Shown piece by piece: positions 29,566-37,353 of a DNA stretch of 64,000 bases. Each line of letters opens with the position of its first letter. Within the stretch, counting starts at the first letter, position 1. The notes under the pieces were generated by a model that had not been told where the DNA came from, did no database searches, and saw only the letters and a list, made by a program, of their open reading frames with translations. This DNA is from Candidatus Moraniibacteriota bacterium. Lineage in GTDB: Bacteria; Patescibacteriota; Minisyncoccia; Moranbacterales; UBA1568. Made by a program: the position numbers and the translations under genes. The stretch covers positions 3,438-67,437 of the forward strand of contig CAIOMK010000059.1 in assembly GCA_903859375.1 (NCBI GenBank). The letters are read 5' to 3'.

Positions 29566-30342
29566 TTATTTACGACATTCATAAAACGATTGTGCCAAAA
29601 CCTCGGCTTCGATCTGTCGTACGGTCCGGACGATACCGCTGAATTCACCCCGTCTCGCGAACTGCGTGGAGCAAGACCGCATCAACGCGATCGATGACAA
29701 CTCGATGACGTCGAGCCACGCTCTTTGCGCAAGATAGAAAAAAGTCGATATCGCCGCGACATTATCGTCGAATCCCGGGGAATGCGTGCTGAGATACATA
29801 CTGACGTTCGCCCAGAGCTTACCGATACATTCGGGATGTCGCATGTAGAATCTGCGGGCGTCCTCCGAATCGAGATAACTTTCCGGGAACATCATCCGAC
29901 TGGTCGTTTCGATGTCGAAACATACATATTTTTTCGCTATCGGAAAGATATACCCGTAACTCATGCGGATGGAGTAGTTCTGTAGCAGGCCGGGGAAGCC
30001 GGAGGAACAACATATCCAATCGAGATCATACAGGAATGTCCTCATTCCCATCGCATGCTCGTCCCCGATACCGTGTGGCAGGAACGGGACGATGTCGGAC
30101 GGCAGGAGCGGTTCTCCGGAAACGAACCGTTCGGCGATCGGCTGTGAGACTGTCTGTTCACCGCTCTCTTCATCGGCATCATCATCGTTGGAAAAAATAC
30201 CGAGTGAGAGCATAAGCTCCTTATCCAAGAGAGCATCAAGAGCTTCATCTTCGGGGTAAATTGACATAAGATATCTCCATTTTGGGGGATTGGCAATCCT
30301 AATAGTAAAAGGACGGGGCCCGAATATTTCGAGCACCGACAT
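29566..30342 (-). CDS. Hypothetical 258-aa acidic protein
   Basis: Complete ORF divergent from the DUF212 gene. No known motif. Confidence 0.55.
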   Translation of the reverse strand: MSVLEIFGPRPFTIRIANPPKWRYLMSIYPEDEALDALLDKELMLSLGIFSNDDDADEESGEQTVSQPIAERFVSGEPLLPSDIVPFLPHGIGDEHAMGMRTFLYDLDWICCSSGFPGLLQNYSIRMSYGYIFPIAKKYVCFDIETTSRMMFPESYLDSEDARRFYMRHPECIGKLWANVSMYLSTHSPGFDDNVAAISTFFYLAQRAWLDVIELSSIALMRSCSTQFARRGEFSGIVRTVRQIEAEVLAQSFYECRK

Positions 30343-30438
30343 TCTTCCACAAATATCGCGATTATGGCAAGAGCCGGCGGAAAGATGCTATACTGGAATC
30401 GTTCGACGGATCAGTCGTCTAAACCTAAACACAGTGAT

Positions 30439-30876
30439 ATGAACTCGCTTCAACCATATTTCGTCATCCTGGTCCCGATCGCGGTCGGCGTCATAACCCA
30501 GGCCCTCAAATTCATCATCTTTACGGTGAAGCACGGCTGGAAGCCGGAATACATGCTCACACACGGTCATATGCCGTCGGCGCACACCGCGTTCGCCATC
30601 TCACTCGCCGTCAGCGTCGGATGGTACGAGGGGGTCGGTTCCGGATCGTTCGCCGTAGCCGCAGCGCTCGCCTTCATCCTCGTGGACGACGCCGCCCGTA
30701 TCCGTATGTACCTGGGTGATCAGGGCCGCTACCTCAATATGCTCGTCGAACAGCTCGACGTCGATGGGAGCAAGTTTCCCCGTCTCAAGGAACGCGTAGG
30801 GCATCGCGTCAGTGAGGTCATCGTCGGCGGACTCATCGGCCTGTTCGCCACCCTCCTCATAGTCACGACCATATAG
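30439..30876 (+). CDS. DUF212 / divergent PAP2-like membrane protein. Start at internal ATG 30439.
   Basis: HMPSAHTAF motif (DUF212 signature) and 3-4 TM helices. Confidence 0.6.
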   Translation: MNSLQPYFVILVPIAVGVITQALKFIIFTVKHGWKPEYMLTHGHMPSAHTAFAISLAVSVGWYEGVGSGSFAVAAALAFILVDDAARIRMYLGDQGRYLNMLVEQLDVDGSKFPRLKERVGHRVSEVIVGGLIGLFATLLIVTTI

Positions 30877-30898
30877 CCATTCGTACCGAAACAAAAAA

Positions 30899-30932
30899 CG
30901 GACTCCTCACAGGGTCCGTTTTTCATCGGCAA
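30899..30932. terminator. Bidirectional terminator AAAAACGGACTCCTCACAGGGTCCGTTTTT
   Basis: Perfect hairpin flanked by A5 and T5. The same sequence family occurs at 38130-38164. Confidence 0.65.
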
Positions 30933-30989
30933 TTTTCCAAGGTATGAAAATAGCGTAAGAAAGATTTCTCTCTTACGCTCAAACTGCGA

Positions 30990-31442
30990 CTAATACCGAA
31001 ACGAATCCGGAATCGGCGGAGGAGTATTCTCCTCGACGACAAAGTCGTTAAGCTCGATAATCCTGAGCCCGACCTCCTCCCATGCCCCCTCGAACCCAAG
31101 GAACTTCGCATACCGTCCATATAGGGCCGGCTCTTTCTCTCTCCTCTCGCCAGAGAAGAACCAATCGTCGATGCAAGCGGTTCCTCCCTTACGAAAGTAG
31201 GCCGCCAGCATGAGATGGTCATGCGAGTCTGCAAAAGGATCGAGACACATATGGATCTCCATCAGATTGCCCTGATTCACCACGTTTCGACCGTCCCGAT
31301 GGAGTGTGAACGAACCGGCTCTTATGGCATTGCTCGTAAGCACCGTCTCCCACGCCTCGACCACAGTACGTTCCTGCTGATAATTGAACGCGCGCTGGGC
31401 TTCTGCCGCTTCGATGAATTCCTGTAAAGGCTTGCTAATCAT
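30990..31442 (-). CDS. Hypothetical 150-aa cytoplasmic protein (cassette gene A)
   Basis: RBS AAGGGAG 8 nt before ATG. Directly preceded by the two-hairpin repeat element. Confidence 0.6.
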   Translation of the reverse strand: MISKPLQEFIEAAEAQRAFNYQQERTVVEAWETVLTSNAIRAGSFTLHRDGRNVVNQGNLMEIHMCLDPFADSHDHLMLAAYFRKGGTACIDDWFFSGERREKEPALYGRYAKFLGFEGAWEEVGLRIIELNDFVVEENTPPPIPDSFRY

Positions 31443-31571
31443 GGCTCGTCTCCCTTGTATTTAATTGTGAAATGAACTGTTTCCATCTTCAGAAGTACGT
31501 ACGAGACATACCGCTGAAGATGGAGCCGACAAGAATTATTCACGTCGGCACTCCGTAAAGGTTTTTTCGAG
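31443..31571 (-). repeat. Copy A of the conserved intergenic module: leader CAGTTCATTTCACAATTAAATACAAGGGAG, hairpin 2 (CCATCTTCAG...CTGAAGATGG), hairpin 1 (GCCGAC...GTCGGC), then AGGTTTTTTCGAGG
   Basis: Near-identical copies at 32507-32636 and 33009-33113. Divergent copy with compensatory changes at 34731-34794. Confidence 0.85.
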
Positions 31572-31663
31572 GCCATCAAATCGTCGATCTCCTTCGGGAA
31601 GATCTCCTTCTTTTCCCTCTCGAAAGGGTTCTTGCGCCAACGGGTGAAGTATTCCCGTCCGAC

Positions 31664-32506
31664 CTACTCCCACTTGACGCGGAAGGTATTGGTCTCCTGC
31701 CAACCCTGTCCCTTGTTACCTACCTCGAAGGCAAATTCAAGGAAGTCCGGGCCGCGATCGGTGATCGCCGTGCTCAGCACCCGCATCCCCACGGAGTAAA
31801 ATTTCCCTCCGGGGTGGCGGAGACCGGTCCAGGACGATCCTGTGGAACAGAACCCTTTGCCTTTTACCCAGACAAAGAGTTTGTACTGATCCACGATAGC
31901 GTCGTAATCCCGGTCGTAATGAACGGCAAGCAGCGCGACGACGTCACTCTCCACGACGGTCTCGGAGTCCTTCGACCACCGATTTCCGAGGCTTTTCTCG
32001 ACATACGAACGGAACGCCTTGATGTCATCAACGACATCACTGAGCAATTTCATTCGCGCCTGAGTCGCCTCATAATCGCGGACGGAGAATACCGACAGGG
32101 TTTCGAGACCCTTCTCCGAGCTGAAGCGGTACGCCTTCACGTTGCCCCCGCCAGTGCGAAGACCGAACGTGACCGCAACCTCCGTCTCCTCGAGAATCGA
32201 GGGTGAACTGAGGCAAAGGTCCCAGTTGTCGATCTCGTGGCTGTACGCTCCGCGGTACTGTCGCATCGGACCCTCGTGTACCCGAGTCCACACATCACCG
32301 TCGCGTTTCTCAACGCAAAGAGCGTGCGAGTATGCCATGCCACCGCCGGACTTCGACACATTCTCACCGCCAATGACGATTCGGAACTGCTCTCCTTCCG
32401 GAACACGCGTTTCCGTATCGAGGTAGCGCTGTACGAGCGCTGGAACCATTGAAAGGTTCTCGCGCGTGGCAAGCGTAGCGGCGGTCTGTAGGCTGACTTC
32501 TTTCAT
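31664..32506 (-). CDS. Hypothetical 280-aa protein (cassette gene B). Start at internal Met MKEVSL; the ORF-track N-terminus METVHFTIQ is repeat-element sequence.
   Basis: RBS CAGGAG before ATG at 32506. Stop immediately followed by the conserved GGACGGG-N9-CCCGTTGGC hairpin (31632-31663). Confidence 0.6.
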   Translation of the reverse strand: MKEVSLQTAATLATRENLSMVPALVQRYLDTETRVPEGEQFRIVIGGENVSKSGGGMAYSHALCVEKRDGDVWTRVHEGPMRQYRGAYSHEIDNWDLCLSSPSILEETEVAVTFGLRTGGGNVKAYRFSSEKGLETLSVFSVRDYEATQARMKLLSDVVDDIKAFRSYVEKSLGNRWSKDSETVVESDVVALLAVHYDRDYDAIVDQYKLFVWVKGKGFCSTGSSWTGLRHPGGKFYSVGMRVLSTAITDRGPDFLEFAFEVGNKGQGWQETNTFRVKWE

Positions 32507-32636
32507 TTTTGTTTCTCCTGTTTGAATTGTGAAATGAACTGTTTCCATCTTCAGGAGTACGTACGAGACATACCGCTGAAGAGAGGGCCGACGGAATTAT
32601 TCACGTCGGCCACCAATCAGGTTTTTTCGAGATCCC
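32507..32636 (-). repeat. Copy B of the two-hairpin intergenic module
   Basis: See copy A. Fills the entire 130-nt spacer between the gene C stop and the gene B start. Confidence 0.85.
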
Positions 32637-33008
32637 TCAACTCGGCCCCTGGTTATTGAACGGGCCCGGAAAATTCCGCCACTCCCGCCTCGGCCAGACC
32701 ATCCAAAGGAAGATCCCTATCATTCCTATGGAGCCTTTACACCAGATCTCCAGCCAGAGAGGCGCCCCCTCTAGATAGGTCGGGTTGGCGATGACAAGAA
32801 TGCCGGCCCAGCACACGAGGCTGGTCATCGCGAACCAGAGGAACCCCATCATCCCCCAGTACCGCAAGAGGACGACGTCCTCACCATTCGCAATGCGCGC
32901 CCGGACAAGCTGGCGCGTTCTAACCGCCACTTTTCCAAACATCATCGCAGCCATAACCATCATGGTTGCTAGAACAGCAACGTCCTGACTAACTGTATTC
33001 ATATTCAT
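32637..33008 (-). CDS. Small (124 aa) membrane protein with 3 TM (cassette gene C). Start at MNMNTVSQ; the upstream in-frame MNNSCRLHLQRYV...METVHFTIQ is repeat-derived.
   Basis: RBS CAGGAG. Hydrophobic segments VAVLATMMVMAAMMF, GMMGFLWFAMTSLVCWAGILVI and IGMIGIFLWMVW. Confidence 0.5.
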   Translation of the reverse strand: MNMNTVSQDVAVLATMMVMAAMMFGKVAVRTRQLVRARIANGEDVVLLRYWGMMGFLWFAMTSLVCWAGILVIANPTYLEGAPLWLEIWCKGSIGMIGIFLWMVWPRREWRNFPGPFNNQGPS

Positions 33009-33113
33009 GTGTATATCTCCTGTTTGAATTGTGAAATGAACTGTTTCCATCTTCAGAAGTACGTCCAAGACATACCGCTGAAGATGGAGCCGACAAGAAT
33101 TATTCAAGTCGGC
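33009..33113 (-). repeat. Copy C of the two-hairpin intergenic module
   Basis: See copy A. The hairpin-2 loop differs slightly (GTCCAAG vs GTACGAG). Confidence 0.85.
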
Positions 33114-33818
33114 TCAAATTTTAACCAATAACAGGGACCGCATAGTTCACGCTACGGTCTACGATGTGCCAGGAGTCGCAACGTATAGTTGCATCTCCAG
33201 ACATATCGCCTTGCTCTGTTATCGGTGTTGGTATCCGGCCGGCATATGAAGAAATGTCGTTGACACTCCTTCATAAGATCCTTAGCCGAGATGCCCTGTG
33301 ATGGGAGAACTCAATCTCCGTATTCGTAGCGGGGCTTGCTCGGAAGACGTCTAGCGTGGACGCTCCACTGTTCGTCGAGACATGAACAAAAATTCATATC
33401 TCAAACGACCACCTCCTACCTACGAACCATCACCTCCTCTAGCAACGAGGCCTGTTCTCTTTGCTTCATTTCCCCTTTCGACTCAACAGAGAGAGAAAGG
33501 GTCTTCTGTTCCTGGCGGGTGAAGCGTCCCCGCCATGGGTATCCGTCTTTATGAGTCGCGCCATTGCGACCGACGGTTTGCCCATAGAATCCATAATGGA
33601 TTCTCCTCTGACTATCAAATTATCGCGCCATGCCGATGAGACAGGTGCAAATGAGTGAGTCCTCATCGCGGCTCAAGAGTACGCGTGTACCATGAGCATG
33701 ATAGCCTTCTGATTGCTACTGTTAACGGCGCACCAGGTTTCCCTGTTCAGAACGCGAATTTTTCAATTCACAGCCTGAATGAGGAGGAGAAGATACTGCG
33801 TTGATATATCTTCTCCGA

Positions 33819-34022
33819 TTACGGGGAGCACTGCCGTATATGTCTGTTATGCTCCTTCAACATCCGCGCCCACTCCTTCATGGACGGGGCCGTACGAAGA
33901 CGGGCTTCGAACATCCGCTCCGCATGAGACGCACGATGAGGACTCCTCTTCGGCGCCTTCTTGCCCCCGTTGGCCAAAATGGCAATCTGAAGCAATGTCG
34001 TCGGTCTTGCTATGTGTTTCAT
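33819..34022 (-). CDS. Hypothetical 67-aa basic protein
   Basis: ATG preceded by AAACAGGAGAAAA, the same leader/RBS context as cassette genes B and D. Conserved stop-adjacent hairpin module lies upstream at 34106-34135. Confidence 0.3.
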   Translation of the reverse strand: MKHIARPTTLLQIAILANGGKKAPKRSPHRASHAERMFEARLRTAPSMKEWARMLKEHNRHIRQCSP

Positions 34023-34171
34023 TTTTCTCCTGTTTATTTTTTGGAAAATTTGTGTGTTCGATCCGTTCGGTCGGATCTCCTTCTGTTTCCTCTTCCGGGG
34101 ATTCTGTTGCCAACGGGAGAAGTGGTCCCGTCCGAGTCTCGCTCATCGCCCTCCGCGGACGGAACAGGAGA

Positions 34172-34527
34172 TTACTTCTCCCGTTCTTTCTGGAGTCGCC
34201 GATAGTCAGCTACCGCCTCTTTGACGGCATCACTGAGTTTCGCGGCTTCCCCATGCCCATGGACTCCCCTGTCTCCGATATAGTCGACACGATATGGAAT
34301 TCTCCCGATATGGTCAGTTACCCTGACTTTCTGGAGGTTCATCCCAAGAGTGTCGACTCCCGCGAAATTCGCAGGATTATTCATCGGAAAGAAGTTGACT
34401 GCCTCATCGGTCCAGCGCAGGACCGAATCAACATCTACTTTCTTCTGCCACAGGACTGTGGCTCCGACGGACAAAATCGCGGTGACGATGACGGAAAGAA
34501 CGATACCTTTTGTATTTTCGATATACA
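34172..34527 (-). CDS. Hypothetical 118-aa N-terminally membrane-anchored protein (cassette gene D). Start at internal Met MYIENTKG.
   Basis: Strong RBS AACAGGAGATAAAC-ATG. TM GIVLSVIVTAILSVGATVLW. The leader shares AGTTCATTACACAAATTAAAACAGGAG with copies A-C. Confidence 0.55.
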
Positions 34528-34730
34528 TGTTTATCTCCTGTTTTAATTTGTGTAATGAACTCACTCTGTAACGGGATAGTATACCCTCTTTTGACCCTGC
34601 TGTCCATAGTATCGATACGTTTTGTAAATATTTATACAACATATTGACTTATTTTAGCCAATATTTGCTGTCGTAAAATACTTTACAAATATATGATATT
34701 CTTGGGTCATATCAGATATATTTCTCAATC

Positions 34731-34794
34731 CCATCTTCAAAGGCACGTAAAGTACCTGTCCTTGAAGATGGAGCCGATAGAATTTTCATATCGG
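34731..34794 (-). repeat. Copy E of the two-hairpin element (CCATCTTCAAAGG...CCTTGAAGATGG plus GCCGAT...ATCGGC). It is separated from gene D by a ~180-nt AT-rich insertion.
   Basis: Stem positions changed in a pairing-preserving way relative to copies A-C (CAG/CTG to CAAAGG/CCTTG; GCCGAC/GTCGGC to GCCGAT/ATCGGC). Confidence 0.75.
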
Positions 34795-34910
34795 CGTGTC
34801 TTGAGGTTTGTCCGAGCCCTCAACTCGTCGATCCGCTTCGGCCGGACCTCCTTCGTTTACTCCTTCCGGAGCTTCTGTTGCCAACGGGTGAAGTAGGCCC
34901 GTCCGGAGTA

Positions 34911-35312
34911 TCACCACGATGAGATTTCTCGAAGTTGCCCAGTATCATAGAGGACGGCTTGACCCCGAAAACGGGTCCAGCAATCGACTTCAACGGTGAC
35001 AATGCCTTCGTGATCGACCATAAACAGGCCGATTTCACAGTCGCACGTACCGTCGTCGTCATCGTCGTCCTCAACAATAATAGAGCACCAATCAAGCTCA
35101 TCCTCTCCAACCCTGCTTACGAGAAACGCGATGATTTTCATCTCATCCGGATCTCGTACGAGAAAGGCGCAAAGCCCTTCGCGGTCCTCTGAAAAAACCA
35201 GAGAACTTGCATGGAGTGTGGCGCCATCCGGCATCGTCTCTCCCATCACAAGCATCACAAGCTTAGAGAGAAATAATGCGCGTTCTTCCCCGACAAGAGC
35301 TTCCATTGCCAT
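34911..35312 (-). CDS. Hypothetical 133-aa acidic protein with a poly-Asp tract (cassette gene E)
   Basis: Strong RBS AGGAGGAAAC-ATG. Stop followed directly by the GGACGGG-N9-CCCGTTGGCAACAGAA hairpin module (34873-34908). Confidence 0.55.
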   Translation of the reverse strand: MAMEALVGEERALFLSKLVMLVMGETMPDGATLHASSLVFSEDREGLCAFLVRDPDEMKIIAFLVSRVGEDELDWCSIIVEDDDDDDGTCDCEIGLFMVDHEGIVTVEVDCWTRFRGQAVLYDTGQLREISSW

Positions 35313-35457
35313 GTTTCCTCCTATTTGAGGGTTGAAAAGAAAAATATTTCTTTGTATCCCGCTCCCCCGCCTGCCTCAACGGGGTCCCTTCGGGAAGGGG
35401 AGCTGTCGAGTCTTCGAGACTCTTGATCCGCGAATGCTGGGTGAGGGGTGGGAGACA

Positions 35458-35628
35458 TCAGGATCCGGCAAGCCGTTTCCTGAGCTCGGCTTTGGACCGT
35501 TTCCGGTCGTAGCCCTTTCCTCCACTCTTCGTAGAATGGGCTCCGCCCTTGTGCCGAAGAAGTTCGACAACCTCCATCGGGATGCGCCACTTCGACGGCT
35601 TCCTGACCTTTTTTATAGTCTTCGCCAT
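35458..35628 (-). CDS. Small (56 aa) highly basic protein MAKTIKKVRKPSKWRIPMEVVELLRHKGGAHSTKSGGKGYDRKRSKAELRKRLAGS
   Basis: AAGGAGG 7 nt upstream of ATG. Hairpins plus T-run terminator downstream. The longer ORF 35458..35748 is rejected. Confidence 0.5.
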   Translation of the reverse strand: MAKTIKKVRKPSKWRIPMEVVELLRHKGGAHSTKSGGKGYDRKRSKAELRKRLAGS

Positions 35629-36071
35629 CTCTACCTCCTTTTTTGTTCTTCGATTGTAAAAGTTCATCACCGGACATCGGCATTCCTTCGGGAACCATGT
35701 GCCAGAAGGCTTCATGGGGGGTATGAATATTTTGAATATTACCCCCATCCGCCAAGGCGCATGGCTCTACCAAGTGACCGACCAATCCTGCCATTCATAT
35801 CAATTCCGTCTGACAGGAGGCGTATAACCCAGTTATCCGAGAGAATACCTATCTTTTGAGGTGCCGGATTCATCAAGCTTTTCAACTTGACTCCACAGTA
35901 TATCGTATGATTCAAATCTTGTCAAGTGTTACTGACTAAATATGTGAGTATATAGTAAATAATGCTTTTGTGAAGCAATATTTTGTATATAATTATGTTC
36001 ATTATTGTTGTCATACAATGGACAATACTACGCCTAAAGAAGCCTTCGAACTGTATTCTGTTTATGACGCT

Positions 36072-36100
36072 TGACAGAACTGTTTTCCGGTGCTACTATA
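36072..36100 (+). promoter_or_regulatory. Consensus sigma70 promoter TTGACA-N17-TACTAT
   Basis: -35 at 36072-36077 and -10 at 36095-36100 within an AT-rich 35.9-36.1 kb region. Confidence 0.55.
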
Positions 36101-36107
36101 CGGGGTA

Positions 36108-36351
36108 ACGTAATTTCAGTTTTTTCACAATTAACCAAGGGAGGAAGTCATGGGGGACTATTGATACGCTCCAAGAAGATGAGCGGCACACAGAAGTGCG
36201 CTCATCTCCAAGAAGGGACCACATCAATTAATCTTCATGAAAGAACCCTCAATCTCCAATAACATCAAAAAAACGACCATGTCTGACTAGTAGAAAAAAT
36301 CATTCGACTGTCTCGTGAAAAACTCACGAATTGATGGTCTCAAAGAAGCGG
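36108..36351 (+). ncRNA. Candidate ~300-nt promoter-to-terminator transcript without a credible ORF (only a 4-codon MGDY and a 17-codon ORF). sRNA or leader-peptide RNA candidate.
   Basis: Begins with leader CAGTTTTTTCACAATTAACCAAGGGAGGAAGTC-ATG, which resembles the cassette-gene leaders. Internal hairpin GATGAGCGGCACACAGAAGTGCGCTCATC. Ends at a strong bidirectional terminator. Confidence 0.3.
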
Positions 36352-36415
36352 AATCGAAAAAAGGGCCCCGGAACAATATACTTTATGTATATCCGGAGGC
36401 CCTTCTTTTTATTTC
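36352..36415. terminator. Bidirectional terminator (GGGCCCCGGA...TCCGGAGGCCC with T-runs on both sides)
   Basis: A6 upstream and TTCTTTTTATTT downstream. Serves the plus-strand transcript and the convergent TrmB gene. Confidence 0.6.
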
Positions 36416-36418
36416 AAT

Positions 36419-37183
36419 CTATTCCTGATATTTTTCCGCTCCCTCCCATGCCAGATCAAGGATTGCCCGCACAGAATCCGCGATTTCCTTATCTTCAATG
36501 ATGATACCGAGTAATCGGTCGCCAAGCGAAGCTATCCGAACCTTATCATCGAGAATAGCGATGTCGCTTTTTATCGGAAACTTATCAAATGGTACTTTTC
36601 TTCGCTCGCCATCAACAGTACTCTCCAAAACACCGTTTTTATAGGTATATATCACCCTCGTCTTGATTTTTTTGTCGAGCCTTTTCGTTTTTGCCCGAGC
36701 CCGTTCCTCTTTCATGAAAACATTATCAACCGCATCAACCGAATACGCCATAGGAACGACGCTTCCGGATGCGACCTTTATCGTCTCTTCGTTCATGGCC
36801 GATATACCTTCCTTTCCCTCGAAATACTTCACGACTGGTCGACCGGACTGCTTGTTGTTTATCGATTGAAGTTGCGGGATAAGCTTTTTCAGCTCTTCCG
36901 ATTTCCGCTCCATTTCCCGCTTCTGTTCATCGAGTATTTCGACGAGCCGATCCGGATCGGTCGCGATAAAAAATTGCTTCTTTCCCTGATGGAAACTGCT
37001 GATAAGCCCTTTGGCCGTGAGTCCCTCGATGATAAAATAGGTCGTCGCGCGGTTCACGCCGGACCTGCTCGAGATTCCCTGTACTGCCGACTGCCCCAAC
37101 TCCAAAGAGGCCAGATAGACCTTCGCTTCCTTTTCATTGAGTCCGATTTCCACCAGTTCCCGTTCGAACATACCGGTTTGCAT
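36419..37183 (-). CDS. TrmB-family transcriptional regulator (254 aa)
   Basis: N-terminal HTH LNEKEAKVYLASLELGQSAVQGISSRSGVNRATTYFIIEGL, TrmB-type. Confidence 0.7.
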   Translation of the reverse strand: MQTGMFERELVEIGLNEKEAKVYLASLELGQSAVQGISSRSGVNRATTYFIIEGLTAKGLISSFHQGKKQFFIATDPDRLVEILDEQKREMERKSEELKKLIPQLQSINNKQSGRPVVKYFEGKEGISAMNEETIKVASGSVVPMAYSVDAVDNVFMKEERARAKTKRLDKKIKTRVIYTYKNGVLESTVDGERRKVPFDKFPIKSDIAILDDKVRIASLGDRLLGIIIEDKEIADSVRAILDLAWEGAEKYQE

Positions 37184-37353
37184 TATTTCGATTGTACGCC
37201 ATTATACCACGGATACAGACCGCATTTCCACGTTCCGCTGTCGAAAGGGCCGATACATCGGGAAAGAATCGACAGATGGACGCCCTGTGCAAAAACAAAT
37301 TCCAGCACCCTTTCGGCATTTTACGGATGTCGTATTTTTTGTCATGATACACC

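Noticed and set aside
31443-33107. N-terminal extensions METVHFTIQ... and MNNSCRLHLQRYV... on cassette genes B and C, and the 71-codon open frame after the gene B stop
   Set aside because: They derive from the conserved two-hairpin element. The reading frame differs between copies, conservation is at nucleotide and structure level, and RBS-supported starts lie downstream.
33779-34546. Plus-strand 255-aa ORF 33779..34546 and neighbours 33801..34205 and 34012..34224
   Set aside because: They are antisense to RBS-supported minus-strand genes D and the 67-aa ORF, with Ser/Arg/Cys-rich composition.
30990-35628. Classical integron (attC) interpretation of the cassette array
   Set aside because: There is no intI-type integrase adjacent, the elements lack recognisable R''/R' (RYYYAAC/GTTRRRY) core sites, and the elements are linked to the 5' leader of genes rather than strictly to 3' ends. 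It is kept only as a loose analogy.
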